From assembly GCA_965215635.1 (NCBI GenBank), contig CBDCEA010000004.1, positions 214,475 through 278,474 on the forward strand: a stretch of 64,000 nucleotides of DNA, written 5' to 3'. This stretch comes from Alphaproteobacteria bacterium. GTDB taxonomy: Bacteria; Pseudomonadota; Alphaproteobacteria; SP197. Of this stretch, positions 12,664-22,508 are shown piece by piece (the stretch's first letter is position 1; every line of letters begins with the position of its first letter). Both the position numbers and the translations under genes were made by a program. The notes below the pieces were generated by a model. That model saw only the letters and a list, made by a program, of their open reading frames with translations. It was not told where the DNA came from and did not search any database.

Positions 12664-13239
12664 TCAGTCGAGCTGCTGCGGGTGGGCGATGTCGACGCCC
12701 TCAGCGGCATGCGTATACATGGCTGCGGAACCGTCCAGCAGACCGGCATGGAGGTCCGGCCAGTTCAGTTCGGCCTGTTCGATGCGGCTCGACTGCTCGG
12801 CCATGAACGCGTCTCGGGTCTCGGCATCCCAGTTCAGGTAGAGCTTGCCGTCGAGAACAGACCATCCGTTCACGAAATCAACCTCGGCACCGTAGCCTTC
12901 CGACACGGCATAGGAACACCAGCCATTGTACCGGGGCTCGTAGGCCGCCGGGTCGGCGGCGAAGGCGGCGGCGTTCTCTGCGGAACTGAACAGCCACGTC
13001 TTGCCCTTGTGGTCAACACTGTGCGACGCATCGCCCTTGGCAGGGGCGCCCTCGAAGTAGGCGACGACGTCGAACCCGTCCATGGCGCCGCCATCGGGCA
13101 ACGCATTGACGAACTCGTCCGCCTGAGCGGCGACCGCGCCGAAGCTCAGCGCGACGCCCGCCGCAAGCGCGCCCCGGATCAACGCGCGGCGTGACATTGC
13201 GATCACGTTGGCAAACATATCGGTTCTGGTTCGATGCAT
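12664..13239 (-). CDS. Exported YHS-domain protein, Cys variant of the YHS (seleno)protein family
   Basis: SRRALI twin-arginine-like signal; GFDVVAYF, WLFSSAEN..F..DP..YEP.YNGWCSYA, GKLYLN; RBS before ATG 13239. Confidence 0.8.
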   Translation of the reverse strand: MHRTRTDMFANVIAMSRRALIRGALAAGVALSFGAVAAQADEFVNALPDGGAMDGFDVVAYFEGAPAKGDASHSVDHKGKTWLFSSAENAAAFAADPAAYEPRYNGWCSYAVSEGYGAEVDFVNGWSVLDGKLYLNWDAETRDAFMAEQSSRIEQAELNWPDLHAGLLDGSAAMYTHAAEGVDIAHPQQLD

Positions 13240-13721
13240 CTGTCCTCTCCTCGTCGTGTCTGGCTGTTGCTTGGCACGCCGATGAGACAGCACTCAGCAA
13301 GGCAGCATGTTGCTTTATCTTGATTCCGATGAGTCAGCAGTCGACACTTGATCGCACTGCGAACGCCATGACAGCAGTCTACGTGATCCGATTTCTCAGG
13401 ATCACGGCGGCATCCCCTCGTCCAAACCGACATCGATGGTGGCAGCCGGGAGACGTCTTGTCCAGCCGCAATCTGACTGATCAGTCAACCAATTTCTGCT
13501 TCTGAGTCCACATGGGCGTTAGCTGTCCTCTCGGCACCCTGCGCCGGGCGCTACTGCACAGAGAATTCCCGAATCCAAAAAACAGAAATACGCTCTAGCC
13601 CAGCAACCGGGCGCGCCGAAGCGCGACCTCGGCTATCTCCTGCTTCATGACCCGATCGGGGAAGAAGGATGCCATCCAGTTGATGAATGCGATCCACAAG
13701 TCGTTGGTGGAGTAATCACTT

Positions 13722-14074
13722 CTAGCGATCGTCTCGAGCCTTCACCCTGAGACGCCACCGGCTCGTCGGGTCCCAGCCCCGGGTCTCTAGCAGCTCCACA
13801 TCGACCCAGGCCAGGGTCGCCGTCACCGCGTCGTCGTGCATCCGTATGACGCGCCGGTCGCCCAGCACCAGAGCCTCCCGCGACACCGACCTGGGCGCGG
13901 AGAACGTCAGGTCCCAGCCCGGACGGTGCTGGCGTTCCCCTTCGCGCATCCGACCCAGGTGGATCGCTGTGCCCGGAACCTTCCCCTGCAGCACGTCCTC
14001 GAAGCGCGCCGGGGGCACATGGGCCCTCAGGTGCGGCGCGGCAATCAAGACAGGCGAGGCAATGTGCATCTCAA
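13722..14074 (-). pseudogene. MOBF (TrwC-type) relaxase fragment truncated by IS630
   Basis: [29 protein letters not shown] matches the TrwC DLTFSAPKSVS motif; the HUH His triad is absent. Confidence 0.8.
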
Positions 14075-14080
14075 CTAGTG

Positions 14081-14109
14081 TTGTGTCCCACAAATACGCG
14101 TATTATAAT
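14081..14109 (+). promoter_or_regulatory. Putative sigma70 promoter of the IS630 transposase
   Basis: TTGTGT (14081-14086), 17-nt spacer, TATAAT (14104-14109), about 30 bp before the ATG. Confidence 0.55.
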
Positions 14110-14139
14110 ATCGGCCTTACCAGCAACGGGAGGCCATCA

Positions 14140-15228
14140 ATGCCGCGGGGACGCCAACTTCCCCCTGTGGTTCTCACAGAAGAGCAACACGAACGGATGA
14201 CAGCCCTCTCCCAGTCCACCTCGATGCCCTACGGTCTGGTACAGCGGGCCCGCATCGTTCTGGCCTGTGCGCAGGGTCTGACCAATGCGGCGGTTGCCAA
14301 GCGGCTGGACGTCTCGGCGTCGGCGGTGGGCAAATGGCGCCGCCGCTTCGTGGAGCGCGGCGTTCAGGGACTGCATGACGAGCTTCGCCCGGGACGGCCT
14401 CGCACCTATGATAATGAAAAGGTGGCGGAACTGATCAACCGTGCCTTGCAGGAAAAGCCCGACAACGCCAGCGCCTGGAGCGTGCGCCTGATGGCGCAAG
14501 CCCAGGGCGTGTCGAAGAGCACCGTGCAACGCTGGTTTTCCCTGTTCGGGATCAAGCCGCATCTGAGCGACACCTTCAAGCTGTCCAGCGATCCGTTTTT
14601 CATCGAGAGGGTTCGTGACGTGACCGGCCTCTATCTCAATCCACCGGACAACGCGATGGTGTTGTGTGTCGATGAGAAGAGCCAGATACAGGCGCTCAAT
14701 CGTACGCAGCCCACGCTGCCAATGGGATTGGGCTCTGCCGAAGGCTATACTCATGACGACATCCGTCACGGAACCACAACGCTGTTCGCCGCCCTCGATG
14801 TGGCTACCGGCAAGGTGATCGGCAAATGCTGCAAGCGCCATCGCCATCAGGAGTTTCTCGCCTTCCTGCGGATCATTGACAACGAGACGCCACCCGAACT
14901 CGACATCCATCTCGTCGTTGACAACTATGCGACTCATAACCATCCCAAGGTCGCCGCCTGGCTCGCCAAAAGACCGCGCTACCATCTTCACTTCACGCCC
15001 ACGTCCGCCTCATGGCTCAACCAGGTGGAGCGCTGGTTCGGCCTCATCAGTCAACGCACCATCAAACACGGCTCGTTCGAAAGCGTCGCCCAACTCGTCA
15101 AGACAATTGAGGCCTTCATCGCACAGTACAATGCATCCACTTCCCCCTTCATCTGGGTCGCGACGGCCGAGTCGATCTTCGACAAGCTCGAACGCCTATC
15201 CACGCGTATATCCGGGACACAACACTAG
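14140..15228 (+). CDS. IS630 transposase (apparently intact)
   Basis: HTH region plus DDE motifs [25 protein letters not shown]; stop TAG lies within the right end. Confidence 0.95.
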   Translation: MPRGRQLPPVVLTEEQHERMTALSQSTSMPYGLVQRARIVLACAQGLTNAAVAKRLDVSASAVGKWRRRFVERGVQGLHDELRPGRPRTYDNEKVAELINRALQEKPDNASAWSVRLMAQAQGVSKSTVQRWFSLFGIKPHLSDTFKLSSDPFFIERVRDVTGLYLNPPDNAMVLCVDEKSQIQALNRTQPTLPMGLGSAEGYTHDDIRHGTTTLFAALDVATGKVIGKCCKRHRHQEFLAFLRIIDNETPPELDIHLVVDNYATHNHPKVAAWLAKRPRYHLHFTPTSASWLNQVERWFGLISQRTIKHGSFESVAQLVKTIEAFIAQYNASTSPFIWVATAESIFDKLERLSTRISGTQH

Positions 15229-15462
15229 GTCGTCGCGCTACACCTGTCCGACGACGAGATACGCCGGTTGTCCACAACACCGTCCGCGCATGTCGGCCAG
15301 CGGCCACGGCAGGTCGCCGGCATCCGGCTTCTTCTCCTGACGGGCTGCCGTAAGTCGGAGATCCTGGCCCTGTGCTGGTCTGACTACCGCGAGGGCAACC
15401 TGTTCCTGCGACTGCGAGACCGCTCCCCGAACCGTCCGACTGTCGTCTCCCGCGCGGCATGA
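15229..15462 (+). pseudogene. Tyrosine recombinase/integrase internal fragment
   Basis: LSDDEIRRL...IRLLLLTGCRKSEILAL.WSDYREG (box I); closely resembles the integrase at about 53120-53230. Confidence 0.8.
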
Positions 15463-15518
15463 CACATGTCCGCCCGCTGACGACCCAAAAGGCCGTCAGC
15501 GACCAACGAACAGGTGAA

Positions 15519-16868
15519 TTACGCGCCCAAGGTGCGAATGACGTCGCGGGCGGCCTGTTCGCCGTTGCGCCAGGCGCCGCCGCAGGTGGCGTAGAAGGGA
15601 CCTGCCGCGGCCTCGCCGGCGAAGAACAAACGGTCATCGAGCGGCCGGGCCAGTTCCGCACGCGCGCCGAAGGCGCCGGGACGCAGGGCGGAATAGGCGC
15701 CGAGGGTCAGGGGATCGTTGCCCCACTGGGTCAGGGTGCCCTTGACGAACCTCTCGCGCGCCTTGCTGCCGACCATGGCCTCGACCTCGCCGAGCACGAA
15801 GTCCACGGCGGCATCCGTTCCCGCTTCCGTCATCTGCCAGGCAAAGTCGCCACCCATGAAACCGATCATCAGGTTCTCATTGAACGGCCAGGTGAGGAAG
15901 AAGCTGGCTTCGCCGGGGGTCTCCTCGGGCACATAGTAGGTGAGCCAATCGTTCGGCCGGAAGCTGAAACGGTTGTCGTCGAACTGCAGCGCGACCTTGG
16001 CCAACAGGCCCATCGGCAAATCGGCGATCGCCTGCTGCTTGGCGTCCGGCAGCACGGGGTCGAACGCGATGGTCCCGGCGTTCAGCACGCCGGTCGAGAC
16101 CGTCACGATGCAGGCCGTGGCCTGAATATCGCCGGTCGAAGTCGTGACTGTGACGCCATCGCTGGTGTGCGCGACCTTCGATGCGGACGTGGAGAGCATC
16201 ACCGGCACATCGGCGCCAAGACGCGCCACCAGGGTGCCGAAGCCTTCCTTCACGATGTAGGTCGGCGCGGCAACAGCGCCTGACCACCAGTCGGCAGTCG
16301 ACAGATCGTCGAAATCGACGCTCATGCCCATGGTCATCCAGGATTCGGCCGTCGCCGCGAACGGCATTTCGGGGATCACGGTCGAAGCCGCGACATCTTC
16401 GCCGCGCCGGCCCGCCGCCCCGACCGCGCCTTCGAGATCGGCATAGGCCCGCCAGTACTGCTCATACTCCGCGTCGGTCGCCTCCCGGTCGCCGACGTAA
16501 AGCGCCTCGTCGGAACCGTCGTGCTGCAGAACCTCAAAGCCATACGATTCGGCAGCCTCGAGAAACATGTCCACTTTGGTGGTCTGCACCCAGGAACAGC
16601 CGTGATCGAACGGCACGCCGAAGGTCTCCGATTCGGTCCAGGCGCGGCCACCGATCCGGTCGTTGGCTTCCACAACGGCGACCGATAGACCCCGCGCCAT
16701 CAGGGTCTTCGCGGCGGCAAGGCCCGCCGCACCGGCGCCGACAACCACGACATCGGGGTTCGACGGCACCTGGGCCCGCGCGGCCGACGTCGAGGCGATC
16801 ACAGAGGATACGGTGAGCGCGAGGAAATGGCGGCGGTTCAGTGTGGCAACGGCATGATGAGAAAGCAT
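15519..16868 (-). CDS. Tat-exported FAD-dependent amine oxidase (flavin monoamine oxidase family)
   Basis: NRRHFL signal, VVVGAGAAGL, EANDRIGGRA, GAYS, LFFAGEA. Confidence 0.88.
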   Translation of the reverse strand: MLSHHAVATLNRRHFLALTVSSVIASTSAARAQVPSNPDVVVVGAGAAGLAAAKTLMARGLSVAVVEANDRIGGRAWTESETFGVPFDHGCSWVQTTKVDMFLEAAESYGFEVLQHDGSDEALYVGDREATDAEYEQYWRAYADLEGAVGAAGRRGEDVAASTVIPEMPFAATAESWMTMGMSVDFDDLSTADWWSGAVAAPTYIVKEGFGTLVARLGADVPVMLSTSASKVAHTSDGVTVTTSTGDIQATACIVTVSTGVLNAGTIAFDPVLPDAKQQAIADLPMGLLAKVALQFDDNRFSFRPNDWLTYYVPEETPGEASFFLTWPFNENLMIGFMGGDFAWQMTEAGTDAAVDFVLGEVEAMVGSKARERFVKGTLTQWGNDPLTLGAYSALRPGAFGARAELARPLDDRLFFAGEAAAGPFYATCGGAWRNGEQAARDVIRTLGA

Positions 16869-17243
16869 GACGGAAACCCCTTCGGTTGCATTGGTGTTTC
16901 GGATTGGGACCATCGTTCCTCGACGCCGTAGAGCAATCAAGAGGCGAACAGGAAGAGCCTGATTGTGGACAGACGACGACCATGTGCGTAAGAGCCAGCT
17001 GGTTACCGACTACGGTCTGGTCAAAGGCCTCGACTGGCGGGCGTGGGCAGCGAGGATTGGCATCACACCTGATTTCGTGATTCCCGGACCCTGAACCTCC
17101 TGGCACGGTGCTGGTTGAACCTCTGCACGGTGAGAACGAAGTCCGGGGTGCTTTCGACATCGGTCACGGTGTGATGTCGTTCGGCATGACCGTGCGATGC
17201 CGATCGGCGCCGTAATCTGTCCATGTTGTGTGACTCCGAAAGA

Positions 17244-17562
17244 TCACCGGTTGCAGTCGTAGGCGTCTTCGGCGGCGCGCGCCGCGCGGCTGTCCCGGAG
17301 CACCGTCTCCAGCCGCCGCGTCATCTCGGCCTGGCGACCGGTCTTGCTCATCTCGTCGAGCTTGAGCTCGAACAGCACCCGCACCGCCTCGCCCAGGCCC
17401 GGCGCGCCGGGCTCCTTCCCTTCCGTCAGCGCAAGCACCCGGTCCGCCAGTTGGGCAACCGTCAACACCGGCCGGAGGCTGCGCTTCGGCTGACGCCGAA
17501 GCGTCGGCGCCTGCCGGCGTAGTCTTCATGAGGCCCACCCCCTGGTACTTTGTGCTTGACAA
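17244..17562 (-). pseudogene. Small hypothetical ORF near the element end, apparently frameshifted
   Basis: The MSSTKYQG.. frame joins the LTVAQLADRVLAL.. frame by a shift near 17468; no recognisable family. Confidence 0.35.
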
Positions 17563-17650
17563 AGCGGCGACCTGCGGCCGTCACTCCAGAAACACGGATC
17601 GGAGGATACCGACATCCGGCACGGGAAGACGACAGGCTGCGCGCTGCGCG

Positions 17651-17718
17651 CGGTCAAGTGCGCAGGATTCTCGGTCAAGTAAAATCGGATTCTCGGTCAA
17701 GTCCGTAGGATTCGGCAA
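17651..17718. repeat. Iteron-like direct repeats with 21-22 bp period
   Basis: GGATTCTCGGTCAAGT at 17665-17680 and 17687-17702, partial CGGTCAAGT at 17651-17659, degenerate GGATTCGGCAA at 17708-17718. Confidence 0.85.
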
Positions 17719-17720
17719 CA

Positions 17721-17821
17721 CGGGAAACAGAAACGGCATGTTTCGGCTTCCCGGTGCGAGATAGAGAAAGAATTAACAGTGTTATTACAGTTGGTTAAAT
17801 CAGGTTCGACACCAAAAGTGC
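17721..17821 (-). repeat. Conserved ~100-bp structured non-coding element, copy 1 (probable integrative-element terminus)
   Basis: Reverse complement aligns with 52313-52413: shared TAACCAACTGTAATAAC, TCTCTATC and the CGGGAA.CCGAAACATGC.GTTTCTGTTTCCCG hairpin. Confidence 0.85.
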
Positions 17822-17836
17822 AAAAGAGGTGTGAAG

Positions 17837-18541
17837 ATGAAATTTCGAGCACTGTCGTTCGACTGCTACGGCACCCTGATCGACTGGGAAAAGGGGATCG
17901 GCGAATGGCTTCTCGAATGGGCCAGGTCACACGGTGTCGAGACGGACGGCGATGACATGGTCCGGCGCCTCTTCGATGCGCAGGTTGTCGAACAGCGGCG
18001 CGACACCTTCCTTTCCTACCGCACGGTTCTTCGCAATTCCCTGGCAAGCGTCGCCGAGGGCCTCGGCATTCCTGCGAGCGAACGGGACTGCGACGACTTT
18101 GCATCGAACGCCGGCAGCTGGCCTGCCTTCGACGACACGGTGGAGGCCCTGAGGAAGCTGGCGGCCCAGGGACGATGGCTGTGCGTCATTTCCAACATCG
18201 ACCGGGATCTCTTCGCCAGGACCGCCGGAGCGCTCGAAAGGGACTTCGACATCGTCATCACCGCCCAGGATGTCGAAAGCTACAAACCCAACCTGCCCCA
18301 CTTCGAAACCCTTCTGGGTAGTCTCTCACAGAGGGGGATCACGGAAGAATCCCTGCTTCATGTCGCCCATAGCCGTTTCCACGATATCGGGCCGGCGAAC
18401 CGTCTGGGCTGGAAGAGCTGCCGCGTGGTGCGCCACGGTGACGGCTGGACGCCCGTGGAGTTGGCCGACGAAGAAGGGACATGGGCTGTCGCCGGCATGT
18501 CCGATGTCGTCGAACTCCTCGACAGGGTGGATCCGGTCTGA
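17837..18541 (+). CDS. HAD-superfamily hydrolase (haloacid dehalogenase type II-like)
   Basis: FDCYGTLIDWE, ISNID, SYKP, HVAHSRFHDI.PA. Confidence 0.88.
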   Translation: MKFRALSFDCYGTLIDWEKGIGEWLLEWARSHGVETDGDDMVRRLFDAQVVEQRRDTFLSYRTVLRNSLASVAEGLGIPASERDCDDFASNAGSWPAFDDTVEALRKLAAQGRWLCVISNIDRDLFARTAGALERDFDIVITAQDVESYKPNLPHFETLLGSLSQRGITEESLLHVAHSRFHDIGPANRLGWKSCRVVRHGDGWTPVELADEEGTWAVAGMSDVVELLDRVDPV

Positions 18542-18548
18542 CAGGCAA

Positions 18549-19457
18549 TCAGCGCTTCGCCATTTCCTCGAGCAGGAGCCATTCGGGTTTCTCGGGCCTC
18601 AGGGTCACCGAGCCTGAACGGACCTCGGCGTCTGCGGCTTCCTGGAGCCGATCCATGCGGATGAGGGCGATCCCGCAGGTTCCCACACCGCTTCTCATCT
18701 CGCCGATCTCCGCCTTGCCGGCCATGATCGGTGTCCCCGGCGCCGGCAGTTCACCGCCGCCGGTGACTGTCACGCGGAACAGGCGCCGCCTTACGGTGCC
18801 CCGGTATCTGGTCCGGGCAGTCAGTTCCTGGCCGACATAGCAGCCCTTCTCGAAGTCAACGGCGTTGAGATGGTCGAAATTGCTTTCCAGGGCGAAGGAT
18901 TTCTCGACGAGTATGTCCGTACCAGCCTCGGGAACCGCGAGCGCCATACGGTGGGCCTCGTAATCCCGGGGCGAAGCCTCGGGGATTTCCCGGAAGACAG
19001 GGCGGTCGGGACGATGGAGCGCGCGCACGCCGAGCGAGGCCAGTCTGGGATCGATCATGATGATGCACCCGTTATCGTGGCGCGCATTGCCCGGAGCGTT
19101 GAAGAGACGGGCCACCCGGGCTGCCCCGTCCCCTATGAGCGCGCTGACGCGCCATTCGCCGCTGGCATCGGAGATGTCGACCTTCGCCCGAAGCCTGTAG
19201 AAGTCGAGACGTTGGGCGAGGCTTCCGATCCGGTCCAGCCTGGTATCGAGGAGCAGGCCGCCGCTGCCGTCATCGCAGATGAAGAAGTCGAAAAGGAACT
19301 TGCCCTGGGGCGTCAGAAGGGCGGCATAGATCGATCGCGCCCGGTCGACCTTGTTGATGTCGTTGGTGATGATGCTCTGCAGGAATTCCCGTGCATCGGG
19401 GCCGGCAACGGCCAGAATGCCGCGATCTTCAAGCGCTATGCGTGTGGATTGCGCCAT
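18549..19457 (-). CDS. ygfZ: Folate-binding Fe-S cluster repair protein YgfZ
   Basis: LLTPQGK and the KGCYVGQE signature. Confidence 0.93.
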   Translation of the reverse strand: MAQSTRIALEDRGILAVAGPDAREFLQSIITNDINKVDRARSIYAALLTPQGKFLFDFFICDDGSGGLLLDTRLDRIGSLAQRLDFYRLRAKVDISDASGEWRVSALIGDGAARVARLFNAPGNARHDNGCIIMIDPRLASLGVRALHRPDRPVFREIPEASPRDYEAHRMALAVPEAGTDILVEKSFALESNFDHLNAVDFEKGCYVGQELTARTRYRGTVRRRLFRVTVTGGGELPAPGTPIMAGKAEIGEMRSGVGTCGIALIRMDRLQEAADAEVRSGSVTLRPEKPEWLLLEEMAKR

Positions 19458-19576
19458 GTGTCCCTTTTCTCCCTTTGTCAGGGGTTGAAGAATGGCGGTC
19501 GAGAGGCGTGTCGGCAAGACGGGTTTCTTGACCTGATGCGGTGGAGGCCTATACCTCGTTTTTTTCCGGGTGCCTG

Positions 19577-20620
19577 ATGCAGATCCTGTTTCTCGACGAT
19601 TCCTTTGCCTACGACGGCTACACACCGCTCAACGACGCCATGGGCGGCCCCCAGAAGGGACTCGTCCACCTTGCCGAGGCGCTGGCCGCGCGTGGTCACG
19701 ATGTCCGGGTGATGAACAGATGCGAGCGCAGCCTGACCATCCGGGGTGTCTGCTGGCAGAACCTTGATGACGACTGGACGGGAGATGCCGACCTCGCAAT
19801 TGCACTCAGGCACCCGCGCCTCCTCGAGAGGGCGCCTGCCGGGGGCTTTCGCCTTCTCTGGGTTGCCGATTGTCTCGAGGCACAGGACCAGGCGGCGCTG
19901 CCGGGAATCCTTCAGGCCTTCAGGGTGGATCGCCTCGTCTTCATGGGTGAGCATCACCTGACGTCGTGGACCGGAGACGACGGGTTGGCAATGATCATCC
20001 GGCCGGGCATCTCATCGGCCTATCTTCAGCCGGAACCTCCGGCAGGGTACTGGCCGCCGCGTGCCATCACCACGGCGCATCCAAGGGTCAGGCTTGCATG
20101 GCTCCTCGAGCTGTGGCTCAACAAGATCCGTCCCATGGTGGACGAAGCGGAATTGCATATCTTCTCGGGTCTTCTCGCCCGGGCCGCATCGGGAAAGACG
20201 ATCGACAGCGACCTGAGGCCGCTCTGGCGCGAGGTGGAGGCGGCGGCGGACAAAGGGGTGATCGTTCGCCGGCCATTGCCGGATGCGGACATGGCAGTGG
20301 AGTTTCGCCGTGCCCGTGTGCATCTCCACCCGGGTTCGATGCGCGAAGCCTATGCCGCCACACTCGCCGAATCACAGGCCGCCGGCTGTCCCGGCGTGAC
20401 TTTCAGGCAGGGCGCTTCCCAGGAACGGATCCGTGACAGCAGGTCGGGTTTCCTGGTCCCGGACGAAGCGGCGTTCGCGAACTGCGCCATTTTGTGTCTC
20501 AAGGAGGATATCGTCTACCGGGGACGATCGAAGGACGCCGCAGACATGCAGCGGGACCGGTCCTGGGACGATGCAGCTGCCGATTTCGAAGCTCTCGTCC
20601 ACGGCGCGGAGTCACGGTGA
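19577..20620 (+). CDS. Glycosyltransferase (GT-B, family 4-like)
   Basis: MGGPQKGLVHLAEALAARGHDV; EAYAATLAESQAAGCP. Confidence 0.8.
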   Translation: MQILFLDDSFAYDGYTPLNDAMGGPQKGLVHLAEALAARGHDVRVMNRCERSLTIRGVCWQNLDDDWTGDADLAIALRHPRLLERAPAGGFRLLWVADCLEAQDQAALPGILQAFRVDRLVFMGEHHLTSWTGDDGLAMIIRPGISSAYLQPEPPAGYWPPRAITTAHPRVRLAWLLELWLNKIRPMVDEAELHIFSGLLARAASGKTIDSDLRPLWREVEAAADKGVIVRRPLPDADMAVEFRRARVHLHPGSMREAYAATLAESQAAGCPGVTFRQGASQERIRDSRSGFLVPDEAAFANCAILCLKEDIVYRGRSKDAADMQRDRSWDDAAADFEALVHGAESR

Positions 20621-21516
20621 AGCTGCTCTTCATCACCTCGACCCGGCTGGGCGACGCGGTTCTCTCGACCGGCCTCCTCGACTATCTTCTGTCACGGGGG
20701 GATGTCTCGACGACCCTTGTCTGCGGCTCCGTGTCCGCGGAAATATTCGAATGCGTGCCGGGCCTTGAACGCCTGATCATCCTCGAGAAGAAGCCGGTGA
20801 AGCGGCACTGGTGGACACTCTGGCACCAGACAGTCGGAACACACTGGGATCTCGTCGTCGACCTGCGCGGCTCGGCAGTGCCCTTCGCGCTGCTGAGGAA
20901 GCGAAGGCGAACGAAGTTCAGGGCCGGCAGCGGCCATCGCGTCGCGAGCTTCGCCCAATGGTACGGCTGTGACCATGTTCCCTCCCCGAGGGTGTGGACG
21001 GACGAATACCATCGGCAAAGCGCACGTGAACTCATTCCGCAAAAGGGGCAGGTTCTCGGTCTGGCGCCAACCGCCAGTGGACTGGGAAAGGTCTGGCCCT
21101 GGAAGAACTTCGTCTCTCTTGCCACCCGTCTGACGTCATCCCAAGGTATGCTTGCCGGTGCCCGTATCGTCATCGTCGGCGGCCCCGGGGAACACCACCT
21201 GACAGGCCCGATCGTCGAGGCACTGCCCCGTGGTAGCACGATCGATCTTACCGGACGGTTGCATCTTCTCACCGTGGCGGAGGTTCTGCGGCGCTGCAAC
21301 GTCTTGGTCGCCAACGACAGCGGGCTGATGCATCTGGCTGCCGCCGGCGGTGTGCCGACGGTCGGCCTCTTCGGTCCGAGCCCGGTCGAGAACTATGCAC
21401 CCTGGGGAAGGCATACGGCGGTCGTCACGGCGGGCTCGTCCCGCATGGACGCGATCGGTGTCGATGCCGTGGAACAGTCGGTGGCAGAACTCCTCGAGCG
21501 CGTCTCACGCGGCTGA
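20617..21516 (+). CDS. Glycosyltransferase family 9 (LPS heptosyltransferase-like)
   Basis: RLGDAVLST, NDSGLMHLAAA, GLFGPS; GTG overlaps the upstream stop codon. Confidence 0.88.
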   Translation: MKLLFITSTRLGDAVLSTGLLDYLLSRGDVSTTLVCGSVSAEIFECVPGLERLIILEKKPVKRHWWTLWHQTVGTHWDLVVDLRGSAVPFALLRKRRRTKFRAGSGHRVASFAQWYGCDHVPSPRVWTDEYHRQSARELIPQKGQVLGLAPTASGLGKVWPWKNFVSLATRLTSSQGMLAGARIVIVGGPGEHHLTGPIVEALPRGSTIDLTGRLHLLTVAEVLRRCNVLVANDSGLMHLAAAGGVPTVGLFGPSPVENYAPWGRHTAVVTAGSSRMDAIGVDAVEQSVAELLERVSRG

Positions 21517-22389
21517 GGCGGCAGACACGAAACCGAAGAAGGGCGGGTAGTCGATGCCCGCATCGGCACCCAGAAAGTCTGTGCCGATCCGTTCTGGTTC
21601 CAGATGCCCGACAACCGCAAATCCGAGATCCCGAAGGTAGCCGGGGACGGCCGGAGGCAGAAAGCTCGTGATCCAGGGTTCGCCGCGTTTGTTCACGAAG
21701 TCGTTGCAGCGTTTCTGCAGTTCCCGATACGGCGCCGGGGTGGAACCGGACTCGGCGAGGTAGTCGAACATGACCGACGAACCAGGTGCCATGTCCCGGG
21801 CAATGGTCGCAAGTGTCTGCCGGATGGCGGCCTCGTCGAGATAATAGGTGACGCCGAACCACGAGAAGAGCGCGGGACAGCCGGCATCGAAGCCCGAGCG
21901 GTCGAGTGCATCCTTGAGGTTCTCCGCCCCGAGGTCGACAGCGACGTAAGTGACGCCCTCGGGCAAGGCAAGTCCGGCCTGCCTCATGCGCCGGTGCTTG
22001 AGATCCTGGGTGGCCGGCAGATCGAGTTCCCATACGTGCAGCCTGGTCATGAGGTCCCTGCGGCGCATGGCGAAGGTCTCGCAGCCCGTGCCGATGATGA
22101 CGTACTGATTGACGCCGTTGCGAACCGCCTGGGCGGCGCGCTCCTCGCCATAGCGCGCACGCGAGATGATCACCGGACTGACGGGCGATAGGCGCCCCAG
22201 AAACCTGTCGACCACGATCCACGAAAGCACGCTGTTCGAGACCACCGTCCGCCAGAATGGTCCGCACATTCTCGCGGCGTAGTCATCCCGGAAGACGGGA
22301 GAACGGGCACGGCGCAGATGGAGCGCACGTACGGCCGCTGCCAGCTCTGCTGTCTTGCCGGGCCGAAGGTTGGTGCCGGATGCGGGCAT
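21505..22389 (-). CDS. SAM-dependent methyltransferase (LCM/putative polyketide MTase family)
   Basis: TAELAAAVRA, QYVIIGTGCET, WELDLPATQ.LK, GVTYYL. Confidence 0.85.
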   Translation of the reverse strand: MPASGTNLRPGKTAELAAAVRALHLRRARSPVFRDDYAARMCGPFWRTVVSNSVLSWIVVDRFLGRLSPVSPVIISRARYGEERAAQAVRNGVNQYVIIGTGCETFAMRRRDLMTRLHVWELDLPATQDLKHRRMRQAGLALPEGVTYVAVDLGAENLKDALDRSGFDAGCPALFSWFGVTYYLDEAAIRQTLATIARDMAPGSSVMFDYLAESGSTPAPYRELQKRCNDFVNKRGEPWITSFLPPAVPGYLRDLGFAVVGHLEPERIGTDFLGADAGIDYPPFFGFVSAASAA

Positions 22390-22508
22390 GGAGGACTCCC
22401 TCGTATGGTACGACGGTTGACCCGGTATGCATGATCCCGGACATTACATCCTGATCTCATTGCAAAAAGAAGTCCAACCACCAGGAATAAGACAAGGGGA
22501 GGAACGCG

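Larger units (their letters stand above)
14075..15228 (+). mobile_element. IS630-family insertion sequence
   Basis: 27-bp imperfect terminal inverted repeats CTAGTGTTGTGTCCC-N4-ATACGCGT at 14075-14101 and 15202-15228, with the TA-containing CTAG at both ends. Confidence 0.95.

Noticed and set aside
12664-13239. YHS protein as a second selenoprotein
   Set aside because: The relevant position is TGT (Cys) and there is no in-frame TGA
17651-17718. Possible mini CRISPR array
   Set aside because: Repeats are 16 bp with 5-6 bp gaps, far too short for spacers, and there are no cas genes
17770-17800. dif/Xer site (TTGGTTAAAT resembles the XerD arm)
   Set aside because: There is no convincing XerC arm at the 6-bp spacing, and the second copy of the module does not preserve the match
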